Part shown: one piece after another, positions 1 through 9,383 of the stretch
Layout: each line of letters opens with the position of its first letter
How positions within the stretch are numbered: position 1 is the stretch's first letter
DNA from: an uncultured Bacilli bacterium
Lineage (GTDB): Bacteria; Bacillota_I; Bacilli_A; RFN20; CAG-449
DNA: 64,000 nucleotides
Reading direction: 5' to 3'
Assembly: GCA_947632435.1 (NCBI GenBank)
Contig: CANRPC010000007.1
Span: 15,327 to 79,326 of the forward strand
Notes under the pieces: generated by a model
Database searches by the model: none
The model's input: only the letters and a program-made list of their open reading frames with translations
Told to the model about the DNA's origin: nothing
Translations under genes and position numbers: made by a program

Positions 1-1991
1 ATATTCTTTCATTTTCCCAAACTAATCACCATAATCGTTTTATTGTTAATAATTTAATTAATATTTCTTTAGGTAATGAATATGAAATCCAAGATGATAA
101 ATGCATATTTGCTTATATTGATTGCAGTATCTTAGGTAAAAAAGAAAAAATAAAAAAATTATATTCAAGTGAAGATTTAGGGGCTATATATAATTTTAAA
201 CATACTATTTTTAGAGTTTTTGCTCCACTTGCTAGTGAAGTTTATTTACAATTATATTCTTCAAAAGGAAAAGAAGTTTATTTAATGAAAAGAAATGAAC
301 AAACAGGAATATATTTTTATGATGCCATTGGGGATTATGATGGTTTTGAATATTTATATTTATTAAAAATAAATGGTAAATATGTTGAAGCTATTGATCC
401 ATATGCTAGATCTTTAACTTTAAATGAAAAAAGAGGGGTTGTTGTTTCTTTAACAAAAGATAAAATTGATTTTAACGATGATAAATTACCTCCATTTAAA
501 GATGAAACTGAAGCGATTATTTATGAATTATCAGTTCGTGATTTTACTTCTTCTTTAAACACAAATATTGTAAATAAAGGAAAATTTTTAGGTTTAACAG
601 AAAAAAATAGAATTTCTATTAATAATAATCCTGTTGGTTTAGATTATTTAAAATATCTTGGTATCACGCATGTACAATTATTACCTGTGACAGATTTTGT
701 CACCACGAATGAATTATTTCCAGAAAAGACATATAACTGGGGATATGATCCTAATATTTTGTTTTCTTTAAAAGGATTTTATAGCAAAGATGTAAATAAT
801 CCTTATTCAAGAATTAATGAATTTAAAAAATTAGTTTCTTCATTTCATGAAAAAGGAATAAGAGTAATTATGGATATGGTTTTTAATCATCAATTTCTTA
901 AAGAAACATCTTGTTTTGATAAAATAGTTCCTAATTATTATTATCGATTTTATGAAGATGGAACTTTATCTAATGGCTCATTTTGTGGAAACGAATTAGA
1001 AACTCGTAACAAGATGGTTAGAAAATACATCATCGATTGTTGTGAACAATATGTTAGAGATTTTCATGTCGATGGTTTTCGTATCGATTTAATGGGATTA
1101 ATGGATATTGATACACTTAATGAAATTTATTATAAATGCAAAGATTTACGTTCTGATTTTATGATATATGGTGAAGGCTGGGATATGCCTAGCAGTTTAG
1201 AAATTAAGCACAAAGCAATTTTAAAAAATGCGATTAACTTAGATCATATTGGTTTTTTTAATGATAGATATCGTGATAATGTTAAAGGTAAAAGTTCTGA
1301 TCACGAACTTTCATTTAAAGGTTATCTATTAGGTGATACAAATTATTTTGATATCTTTATACATTGTTTTTTATCTTCGTCTTTACCAATTTCTTTACCT
1401 CCATTATTTATTAAACCACATCAAAGTATTAACTATATTGAATGTCATGATAATGCTACATTATACGATAAACTTCTCATATCAAATTCTTATGAAAGTG
1501 AATCTGATCGTTTAAAAAGAATTTCTTTAATGAATGCAGTATTAATTTTTTCTCATGGTGTATGTTTTTTACATCAAGGTCAAGAAATAGGTTTATCAAA
1601 AAATGGTGTTTATAATTCTTATAATGCTGGTGATGAAATTAATTCCTTTAAAATTGATGTTTTAGATCAAAGATTTAATATGGCAAAATTTGTTTCCGAA
1701 GCTATTTCTTTAAAAAAAGAATTAAAATTAAATTATGCGACAGTTGAAGAATTAAAAAACAATATTAATTATGAAAATTTTTATGGCAGAGCTATTTTTA
1801 CTTATAAAAATGTTGTTGATTATCAAGAAATTAAAATTATAATTAATCCTGTTAATGAACCAATACAATTATCACTTAATGAATATTATCGCATTATTTT
1901 TAATGAATATGGGAGAATTAATAAAGAATTTTACGCTCAAAATGTTATGATTAATGGAATATCAATGCTTATTTTAGTGAAAGAAAAATAG
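1..1991 (+). CDS. pulA: Type I pullulanase (GH13), 5'-partial. The reading frame is open from window position 3 up to the annotated Met at 285, so the gene starts upstream of the window.
   Basis: Motifs YNWGYDP, DGFRIDLMG, YGEGWD and ECHDN are typical of GH13 pullulanase regions I-IV. The in-frame upstream translation contains a CBM48-like 'FRVFAPLASEVYLQLY' segment with no stop codon back to the window edge. Confidence 0.85.
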   Translation, partial: ILSFSQTNHHNRFIVNNLINISLGNEYEIQDDKCIFAYIDCSILGKKEKIKKLYSSEDLGAIYNFKHTIFRVFAPLASEVYLQLYSSKGKEVYLMKRNEQTGIYFYDAIGDYDGFEYLYLLKINGKYVEAIDPYARSLTLNEKRGVVVSLTKDKIDFNDDKLPPFKDETEAIIYELSVRDFTSSLNTNIVNKGKFLGLTEKNRISINNNPVGLDYLKYLGITHVQLLPVTDFVTTNELFPEKTYNWGYDPNILFSLKGFYSKDVNNPYSRINEFKKLVSSFHEKGIRVIMDMVFNHQFLKETSCFDKIVPNYYYRFYEDGTLSNGSFCGNELETRNKMVRKYIIDCCEQYVRDFHVDGFRIDLMGLMDIDTLNEIYYKCKDLRSDFMIYGEGWDMPSSLEIKHKAILKNAINLDHIGFFNDRYRDNVKGKSSDHELSFKGYLLGDTNYFDIFIHCFLSSSLPISLPPLFIKPHQSINYIECHDNATLYDKLLISNSYESESDRLKRISLMNAVLIFSHGVCFLHQGQEIGLSKNGVYNSYNAGDEINSFKIDVLDQRFNMAKFVSEAISLKKELKLNYATVEELKNNINYENFYGRAIFTYKNVVDYQEIKIIINPVNEPIQLSLNEYYRIIFNEYGRINKEFYAQNVMINGISMLILVKEK

Positions 1992-2062
1992 ACGCGTTTT
2001 AAACCCGTTTGGGATTCAACCTTTTAAATTTATATTAAAATATATTTAAGGGGGAAAAAGAT

Positions 2063-2311
2063 ATGACAAACGTAGAGGTATTTGGAAAAATAAAACATAT
2101 TGAAGATAAAATTTATTTAGAAGTTGAACGTAGCTATAAAAATCAAAGTGGAGTTATTGAAAAAGATCTTTTACTATGTCGTCATTGGTCGAATATGAAA
2201 CGCAATGTATTTAACATAACAAAAGATGACACATTAGTAATTGTAAAAGGTCGTTTAGAAAGTGAAAATGGTGTTTCCATTATTATTGTCGAGGAATTTA
2301 GACCAATTTAA
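2063..2311 (+). CDS. Small SSB-like OB-fold protein, truncated relative to canonical SSB (82 aa).
   Basis: It aligns by eye with the bacterial SSB core (..YKNQSG..E.D...C..W......KD..L.V.GRL..). About 12 aa are missing from the first half and there is no acidic C-terminal tail. An RBS-like GGGGGAAAAAG precedes the ATG. Confidence 0.5.
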   Translation: MTNVEVFGKIKHIEDKIYLEVERSYKNQSGVIEKDLLLCRHWSNMKRNVFNITKDDTLVIVKGRLESENGVSIIIVEEFRPI

Positions 2312-2313
2312 AA

Positions 2314-2739
2314 TTATTTATTTGATAAATCTTCATATAAAACAAGATTTTTACAATTCTTTTTTAAAATAGGTATTAATTTATTTTCTTTATCAACAAC
2401 TAAAGTTAAATAATTATGTGATTTTAAATAAATTTTAAACACGCCTTTTTTGATATTTTTTTCATCAATATATATGATGTCATTAAAAGGAATTTCCGTT
2501 TTTGAAAAAACTTTTTTAATAATTAACGTTTTTTTCTTGACAAGATAATAATGTTGAAAAAATTCAAGTAAATAATATATTGCAAAGCAAATTAAAAGAA
2601 AAATGCTAGAAAAGATAAAAATTGGTGATAAAACATTTTTTTCAAAATCATAACTTGGAAAAAAAGTTAATAAAATAAAAAATAAATATAAGACAAGTAA
2701 TGTAAAAAATAATGTTTTGCTTTCAATTTTATACTTCAT
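2314..2739 (-). CDS. Hypothetical membrane protein with two N-terminal TM helices and a cytoplasmic Lys-rich domain.
   Basis: The ORF is 141 aa and convergent with the mini-SSB gene. Hydrophobic segments are LFFTLLVLYLFFILLTFF and IFIFSSIFLLICFAIYYLL. Confidence 0.45.
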   Translation of the reverse strand: MKYKIESKTLFFTLLVLYLFFILLTFFPSYDFEKNVLSPIFIFSSIFLLICFAIYYLLEFFQHYYLVKKKTLIIKKVFSKTEIPFNDIIYIDEKNIKKGVFKIYLKSHNYLTLVVDKENKLIPILKKNCKNLVLYEDLSNK

Positions 2740-2778
2740 AATTCATCAATCGTCTAAATAGTAAATTAAGTATAAAAA

Positions 2779-2808
2779 ATTGTAAATATATTTCTTAAAA
2801 AACTATAA
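2779..2808 (+). promoter_or_regulatory. Putative sigma-A promoter for the three-gene SMC-like operon.
   Basis: TTGTAA, an 18-nt spacer, then TATAAT, about 45 nt upstream of the first ORF. Confidence 0.3.
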
Positions 2809-2850
2809 TTTTTTTTGTACTTTTGTTACAATTAAATAAGGGTGAAAAAG

Positions 2851-4296
2851 ATGAATTTATTTGAAAAAATACCAGATAATTTCTTTTCAATTTTATCAAG
2901 TAAGAACAAAAATATTTACGGTATTGCTCTTGTAACTTTATATGAAGCTTTAATAATGTACCGCAACAGAATCCGTAAAAATGATTATATAGATTTATTA
3001 AAATCACGTGGTGAAAAAGAAGTATCTTTATTTTCTTTTGATGATGAAGATATCGGTGAAGATACATCATTAATTTATGAACCAACTTTAAATTCCAAAG
3101 CTAATTTTGTCTTACGTAGATTAATTGATACTGGTTGGGTTTTATTAGAACAAGATGTAAAAACTGGTGCTGAATATTTATTGTTACCTACTTATTCAAT
3201 ATCAATGTTAAAGATTATTTATGAATTTATGAATAATGAGGAGAATAAATATGTTTCTTATGTTCATTCAACTTATTCAGATTTGAAATATGAAGATGAA
3301 TTGCTCGATGAATATATGTATAAAACATTAGAGAGCTCATATAATAAAACTAAAATTCTTGAAGTTGAAGTTGCTAAACTTTTTCACTCGATTCGTGTCT
3401 TTAAAAGACAACTTACAAATATTTTTTCACCTAATGAGGTTTTATCTCAGCATTTTGATAATGCTCGTGAAGATGTTGTTAATCCAATTTATCACCCACT
3501 TAAAACAAGTGATTCGATTATTTTATATCAAGAACCAATATCTTCATTATTAAAAAAATGGTTAATTACTGATGAAGTTAGAGAAAAACTTGTTAAACAA
3601 GCATTAAATGATAATAAAAGTTTAAGAACATTAATAGAAGCAGAAGAAGATGTAATTAAAAAAATTAATTATATCCAAGATACTTATGCCCGTTTAGCAA
3701 ATGAAATTAATGAAATTGATAAAGCTCAAAGTGAATATGTTAAAGCATCAACAGAAAAAGTTATTTATTTAAATAATTCAGATAAATCAATTCGCGGAAA
3801 ACTAGAAACAATATTTTTAGCTTGTGCTAAAACAATAGCAGGAGATAAAAATGGAACATATCCAACAATATTAAAAGATTTAAATAATAGTGTATTATTT
3901 TACCAACAAGGTTATTTAGATAGTGATTCTGTTGCTAAACCTTATAAACGTAATTTCCGTGAAGATGGTGAGCCTTTAGCTCTTGATGATTTTGAACATG
4001 TTCTTGATGAAGGACTAATGCAATCACTTATTAATATTTCTGAAACTTATTCTGAAGAATCAGTCATGGAATTTATGAGAAAGAAATTTAAAAATAAAGA
4101 TGAATTAGAAATGGCTAATATAAAAATTAATGATATTGAAGAATTTATTATGTTGATTCTTGCTTCTTCTAAAGCAAATTCTAAATACTCATTTTATGGT
4201 ATAAATCATCCTAAAGAAAATGAAAATAATCAAATAGTTGTCGATAATTTTAGCGTACCAAATTATACATATTACAAAAAGGAAGAAGGTAAATAA
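2851..4296 (+). CDS. JetA/MksF-like kleisin-family protein, first gene of the SMC-like operon.
   Basis: The ATG at 2851 has an AGGGTG RBS 6 nt upstream. The track's 2842 start would be a GTG lying inside that RBS. The size of about 480 aa and the position directly upstream of a roughly 200-aa gene and a roughly 1100-aa SMC-like ATPase match the JetA (DUF3375) pattern. No catalytic motifs are visible. Confidence 0.5.
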   Translation: MNLFEKIPDNFFSILSSKNKNIYGIALVTLYEALIMYRNRIRKNDYIDLLKSRGEKEVSLFSFDDEDIGEDTSLIYEPTLNSKANFVLRRLIDTGWVLLEQDVKTGAEYLLLPTYSISMLKIIYEFMNNEENKYVSYVHSTYSDLKYEDELLDEYMYKTLESSYNKTKILEVEVAKLFHSIRVFKRQLTNIFSPNEVLSQHFDNAREDVVNPIYHPLKTSDSIILYQEPISSLLKKWLITDEVREKLVKQALNDNKSLRTLIEAEEDVIKKINYIQDTYARLANEINEIDKAQSEYVKASTEKVIYLNNSDKSIRGKLETIFLACAKTIAGDKNGTYPTILKDLNNSVLFYQQGYLDSDSVAKPYKRNFREDGEPLALDDFEHVLDEGLMQSLINISETYSEESVMEFMRKKFKNKDELEMANIKINDIEEFIMLILASSKANSKYSFYGINHPKENENNQIVVDNFSVPNYTYYKKEEGK

Positions 4297-4298
4297 TT

Positions 4299-4904
4299 AT
4301 GTTTGATGAATTATATGAACAATTGACTAATAAAGACAAAGAAATGTTTGCTAAATGCGTTAATGAATTAATGTTAAAATCTTTTATTCTTCGTGAAAAT
4401 TATGATCGAAGCAATAAAATAATGAAACCTAATTATACTTATTCTTTTATTGAAAAAAATATCGATTTAGTTCGTGATTATTTACATTATTCTGGTTGGG
4501 TAGTAGAAAAAGATTCACATCTTGGAGTTATTATGATCCAAAATGAATATCAAGAAAATCGTATTAGAATGGACACAATGACTTCTTTAATGATTTATGC
4601 TTTGCGTTATGCTTATGAATTACAACGGGAACAAAATTCTTTAACTCAAGAAGTTTATTTCTCTTCAGCTTCATTAATGCAATTAATGCTTGATAAATCA
4701 TTACTTCCTCAAGATAAAAGACCATCCGCGGCTAGCTTAGCTTCTTCATATCGTTTTTTAGATAATCATAATATTATTTCACGTATTTCAGGTGAATTTA
4801 GAGATCGTGATTTACAATTTTATATTTTACCATCAATTATTTACATTATTGATAATGATCGTATTAATGCAATATTTGATCAAGTTGAAAAAGCAAAAAA
4901 TTAA
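4299..4904 (+). CDS. JetB/MksE-like (KITE-like) small subunit.
   Basis: The 201-aa ORF starts 3 nt after the upstream stop, giving translational coupling. Size and position match JetB (DUF4194). Confidence 0.45.
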   Translation: MFDELYEQLTNKDKEMFAKCVNELMLKSFILRENYDRSNKIMKPNYTYSFIEKNIDLVRDYLHYSGWVVEKDSHLGVIMIQNEYQENRIRMDTMTSLMIYALRYAYELQREQNSLTQEVYFSSASLMQLMLDKSLLPQDKRPSAASLASSYRFLDNHNIISRISGEFRDRDLQFYILPSIIYIIDNDRINAIFDQVEKAKN

Positions 4905-4919
4905 AGGAGTTTATAATTT

Positions 4920-7900
4920 ATGAAATCATTGAAAAGATTAAGATTAATTAATTGGCATTATTTCTATAATGTCAATGTAGAATTTGATAGAATAAACTTC
5001 TTAACTGGAGAAAACGCAGCAGGAAAATCAACACTTATTGATGCTATGCAGTTATTATTATTAGGTGATACTTCAGGACGTATATTTAACAAAGCGGCAA
5101 ACGAAAAAGCTGGTCGTACTTTAAAAGGCTATTTAAAAGGTGAAATCGGTGATGATGGTGAAGGTGCATATCGTTATTTAAGAAATGGTCGTTTTACCAC
5201 CTACATTGCTATGGAATTTTATGATGATGTTGTTGATAAATCATTTACTTTAGGCATTGTTTTTGATGTTTATGAAGATGGAACTGAACAACATAAATTT
5301 TTCATGTTAGAGGACAAATTCCCACATAATGATTTTTGCAGTTTGAATGTCCCATTATCACAAAAAGAACTCGCTTTATATTTTTCTCAAAATTACAGTC
5401 CAAAAGATTATAATTTCTTTGATACTAATGCTCAATATCAATTGGCTTTAAAAGATCGCTTTGGTAATATCAAAGATAAATATTTTTCTTTATTTAAAAA
5501 AGCAGTTTCTTTTATCCCAATTACTAATATTGAACAATTTATCACGGAATATGTTTGTGATGTTACAGAAAATGTTGATGTATCTTCAATGCGTGATAAT
5601 ATTCAGCAATATAAGCGTTTGGAAATCGAAGCAACAGATATGGAACGAAAAATTTCGAAACTTGAAAAAATACATGAAGCATATCTTGATTTACAAAATA
5701 AACAAAATGATTTAAATTTAGCGGCTTATATTTCTAAGCGTGTTTCTTATCAAGTAAATTTAGATGTGGTTAAAAATTTACAACACGATTTACAATCAAA
5801 TGAAATTCGCTTACAAGAAATAGCTTCAGAAATTGAAAATATTGATAAAGAAATAAAATCATTACAAGAAAAGAAAGAAAATTATATTGCTACGAAAGTT
5901 TCTTCATCTTCTTATCAATTAAGTAAAGATTTAGAATTATCTAAGCAAGATACGATAGCAAAAATTAATCGTATTGAAAATAATATAACTTCTGATTATC
6001 AAAAACTTTTAAGTTATATTAATAATTTTATTAATCAAATTGCTCGTTTAAATGCGGGAATTAATTCTCTTGATGAAAATTTTAAAAAGGAACATTTAAC
6101 TCGTTTTATAGAATTAGAAGATAAAAGTAAAAAACTTTATGATATAGCTACTTCTTTTAAACAAAAATTAAATTCCAAAGAAGATTTATCAAAAGATATA
6201 CTCTTAAGTTTTCGTGATGCCATAAATGAATTTAAAAATGCTTGTAGTGAACATTATGGTTATTTTAAAACTTTAATTAGCTCTGAACTTGCAAAACTTC
6301 ATGCCGCAAAACAAAGTTTACAAGATACATCCGCGACAGGTGGTAAACTTTATGACTATCATTTAAAACAAGTTCATAGTCAACTTATGCATGCCTTAGA
6401 AGATCATTATGGTAAAAAAATAGAGGTATTTTTCTTCGCAGATTTAGTTGATATTAAAGATAAAAAATGGGTTAATGCAATTGAAGGATTTATTTTCTCA
6501 CAAAAAGTTAACATGTTTGTCGAGGAAAAATATTATGAAACCGCGAATAAATTATTAACTAACATTTTACGCCGTAACAATTATTTCCGTACTGGTTTAG
6601 TCGATACAGAACGCTTAAGATCAGCAGGTTTAATTTCTGAAGATAATTCTTTAGCCGAAGAAATTTTAACTGATCATGAAGGTGCAGCTTTATATGCTAA
6701 ATTCTTGTTAGGTAAAATGATAAAATGTGATAACTTCCAAGAAGCAAGAGCTTCAGGACGAGGGTTAACTCCAACTTGTGAAGGTTATCGTAATTATGCT
6801 TCTTTTGTAATTCCAAATGCAAATTATCAATATAAATTAATCGGTAGACAAGTTTCTGAAAGCGATAAGAAAGAACGCTTGAATGAAATACAAAATAAAA
6901 TTGATAAATTAAATGCTGTCAATGAATTTAATAAAGCATTAGAATCTTGTGCTCATGAAGAAACTTTATCTAATAATGAAGCTGAAATTTATTCTTCCCA
7001 TTTAGAAGATGCTTCAATGCTTGAAACATTAAAAAATAAATTGCAAGAATATGAAAGTGAACTTCTTTCTTCAGTTAGTCAAGAAATTTCTATTTTGGAT
7101 AAAAAGATTGCGCAAATTGATGAAGATATTGAATCATTACAAACTAAACGCGAAAGTTTAATTGAAGAAAGAGGCGATTTAAACGCTTCAAATAGACAAA
7201 TTCAAAATGAAAAAATTCCTGCACAAATTGAAAATAGCAATAAATTATTAGATGAAATGAAAAATGAATTTTCTGATGAATTTATTACTCAAGTTGCTTT
7301 ACCAACATTTAATGATGAATTAGAACAAGGTAAATCATTAGGGCAGATACGTAGTGAATACGATGAATTATTTGCTAAAGGTCAATATAAATTACGTAAC
7401 GCAAAAGCTATTTTAAATGAACTTCGTAAAGATTATATTGTTGAATATAAATTAAGTTATGATATAACTCGTGAAGACAATAATGATTTTGACAATGAAT
7501 TATACAATTTAAAAGAAGTTAAATTACCTACTTATAAAGATAAAATAACCGATGCTTATAATAAGGCAACAAAAGAATTTAAAGATGACTTTATCTTTAA
7601 ATTAAAAACTGCGATTGAATCAGTAAGAACTCAAATTGATGAATTAAATATCGCTTTAAATGATGCGACATTTGGTCAAGATTCTTACCAATTTACAGTA
7701 ACTCCTGCACCTCAATATAAAGAATATTATGATATGATAACTGATGAGCTTTTGTTAAGTTATGGTGAAGATGAAAACTTATATCTTGAAAAATATAAAG
7801 ATATAATGGCAAATTTATTTAAATTAATTGGTGATGTTTCTGGTTCTAATGATCAAAATTCCTTATTAGCGCAAAATGTTGCTAAATTTACTGATTATCG

Positions 7901-8309
7901 TACTTATTTACTCTTTGACTTAATGGTTTCTAAAGATGGGGGAAAACCTTATTCTTTAGGTAGAAATATTAAAAAAGCTTCTGGTGGAGAAACTCAAACC
8001 CCATTTTATATTTCTATACTCGCCTCATTTTCCCAATTATATCGGGTAAAGTCGGCATCAAATCTATCTAACACAGTACGTTTAGTAGTTTTTGATGAAG
8101 CATTTTCTAAAATGGATAGAAATCGTATAATAGAATCAATACGTATTTTAAAATCATTCGGATTACAAGTTATTCTATCTGCACCACCTGAAAAAGCAAG
8201 TGATATTTCGAAAATTGTCGATCGAACTTTACTTGTTACTCGTGGTAAAAATCGAAGCTTTGTGGATTCATTTAAAGAACTTGTTACAACTTCTAATGCA
8301 ACAAATTAA
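4920..8309 (+). CDS. JetC/MksB-like SMC-family ATPase.
   Basis: The N-terminus is RLINWHYF...FLTGENAAGKSTLIDAMQLLLLGD (Walker A). A long central coiled-coil-like region is rich in E, K, L and Q. The C-terminus has the ABC signature SGGETQ and Walker B/D-loop RLVVFDEAFSKMD. The protein is 1129 aa, and an AAAGGAG RBS precedes the start. Confidence 0.75.
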   Translation: MKSLKRLRLINWHYFYNVNVEFDRINFLTGENAAGKSTLIDAMQLLLLGDTSGRIFNKAANEKAGRTLKGYLKGEIGDDGEGAYRYLRNGRFTTYIAMEFYDDVVDKSFTLGIVFDVYEDGTEQHKFFMLEDKFPHNDFCSLNVPLSQKELALYFSQNYSPKDYNFFDTNAQYQLALKDRFGNIKDKYFSLFKKAVSFIPITNIEQFITEYVCDVTENVDVSSMRDNIQQYKRLEIEATDMERKISKLEKIHEAYLDLQNKQNDLNLAAYISKRVSYQVNLDVVKNLQHDLQSNEIRLQEIASEIENIDKEIKSLQEKKENYIATKVSSSSYQLSKDLELSKQDTIAKINRIENNITSDYQKLLSYINNFINQIARLNAGINSLDENFKKEHLTRFIELEDKSKKLYDIATSFKQKLNSKEDLSKDILLSFRDAINEFKNACSEHYGYFKTLISSELAKLHAAKQSLQDTSATGGKLYDYHLKQVHSQLMHALEDHYGKKIEVFFFADLVDIKDKKWVNAIEGFIFSQKVNMFVEEKYYETANKLLTNILRRNNYFRTGLVDTERLRSAGLISEDNSLAEEILTDHEGAALYAKFLLGKMIKCDNFQEARASGRGLTPTCEGYRNYASFVIPNANYQYKLIGRQVSESDKKERLNEIQNKIDKLNAVNEFNKALESCAHEETLSNNEAEIYSSHLEDASMLETLKNKLQEYESELLSSVSQEISILDKKIAQIDEDIESLQTKRESLIEERGDLNASNRQIQNEKIPAQIENSNKLLDEMKNEFSDEFITQVALPTFNDELEQGKSLGQIRSEYDELFAKGQYKLRNAKAILNELRKDYIVEYKLSYDITREDNNDFDNELYNLKEVKLPTYKDKITDAYNKATKEFKDDFIFKLKTAIESVRTQIDELNIALNDATFGQDSYQFTVTPAPQYKEYYDMITDELLLSYGEDENLYLEKYKDIMANLFKLIGDVSGSNDQNSLLAQNVAKFTDYRTYLLFDLMVSKDGGKPYSLGRNIKKASGGETQTPFYISILASFSQLYRVKSASNLSNTVRLVVFDEAFSKMDRNRIIESIRILKSFGLQVILSAPPEKASDISKIVDRTLLVTRGKNRSFVDSFKELVTTSNATN

Positions 8310-8324
8310 AAGGAGCTGATTTAT

Positions 8325-8789
8325 TTGCGTTCATATATTTTTGAAGGAAATCAATTTGTTATAGGTTTAGTGGAATTAATTCTTCCTTTTATCTTGCTTT
8401 TGTTAGCGTTAATTTTAATAAGCATATTTATTAAAAAGCGTTCAACTGCGACAGGAATTTGTTTTTTCCTTTTTCTTTCAAGCATTATGATCTTTTTAAA
8501 ATATTATGATTTAGGTTCAATATATTCAAATATATTTAAGATTTTACCTGATTTTGGAATTGGTGATGGAATTAATCACGCGATAGATATCTTAGCTTAT
8601 CCAGTTGAAGAATTGCATTCTTTATTTATAAATCTACTTCTTATTATGAATTTAAATTTAGATGCAGTGACATTTTTTAAAAGTGAAATTTATATTTTAG
8701 TAATTTATGGCTTTTTATTTTTCCTTTCCTTTTTTGTTTTCAAAAAGAAAAAGAAAGAAAAAAGAACATATAGCGATTATGATTTATAA
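8325..8789 (+). CDS. Small polytopic membrane protein (about 4 TM) sitting where a JetD/MksG-type fourth gene would be expected.
   Basis: A TTG start lies 9 nt after an AAGGAG RBS and only 16 nt after the JetC-like stop. There are four hydrophobic helices and a KKKKEKR tail. No Toprim motifs are present. Confidence 0.4.
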   Translation: MRSYIFEGNQFVIGLVELILPFILLLLALILISIFIKKRSTATGICFFLFLSSIMIFLKYYDLGSIYSNIFKILPDFGIGDGINHAIDILAYPVEELHSLFINLLLIMNLNLDAVTFFKSEIYILVIYGFLFFLSFFVFKKKKKEKRTYSDYDL

Positions 8790-8855
8790 AAATTAAAATT
8801 TATAATTAAATAAAAGAGAGTAAATTTTGATGAGTTTATCTTAATAATTAAGAAA

Positions 8856-8888
8856 TAAAGAATAGGGAAAAAACTTCTATCTATTCTT
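8856..8888 (+). terminator. Hairpin with a short T-tract downstream of the SMC-like operon.
   Basis: The stem is AAAGAATAG / CTATTCTTT (9 bp, perfect) with a 15-nt loop, followed by TTTT. Confidence 0.3.
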
Positions 8889-9383
8889 TTAACATATTTA
8901 AGACTTTTTAATACTATGATTCATGATATTTTATATTAATTATAATTAACTTAATGAAATTTTTTTCAAAAAATTTTTTTCATTATATTTGTTGCACTTA
9001 GATTAATAATTAACATTTTTTCGAAAAATTAATTATACTTATTGACTTTAACAAAAAACTTAATTATATTGTTTCTAGTTCATAACAACTTGAACCATAA
9101 CTTTTAATTAAGTTATTTGCTATAAAGATATTAATCTTTATGGTTAAGTGATATTAATTTATCGCTTTGAGTACTAACATTGTTAGGACTCTTTTTTTTG
9201 CTTATTTTTTTACGTTTAAACTAACATTTTTAAATTCATGATTGCTTATAGCAATATTTTTATTATCATATAAAAATTTTTTATTTTATTTACTTATATA
9301 AAATCAATTATGATAATTGATTAATGAAATTTGCCCACTTTTAAAAATTTTTATTTATGATATAATTATAAAGAGGCAATGAA

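Noticed and set aside
1333-1515. 60-aa ORF inside pulA in another frame.
   Set aside because: It is entirely embedded in a well-supported GH13 coding region and its composition is hydrophobic AT-rich junk.
3359-3553. Small sense-strand ORFs inside the JetA-like and JetC-like genes (also 5461..5715).
   Set aside because: They are out-of-frame overlaps within longer coupled genes and are typical AT-rich spurious frames.
8790-9383. Degraded jetD remnant in the 600-bp gene-free spacer.
   Set aside because: By eye the spacer is too AT-rich and too stop-dense to carry a recognisable Toprim remnant. This could only be confirmed by tblastn with JetD/MksG queries.
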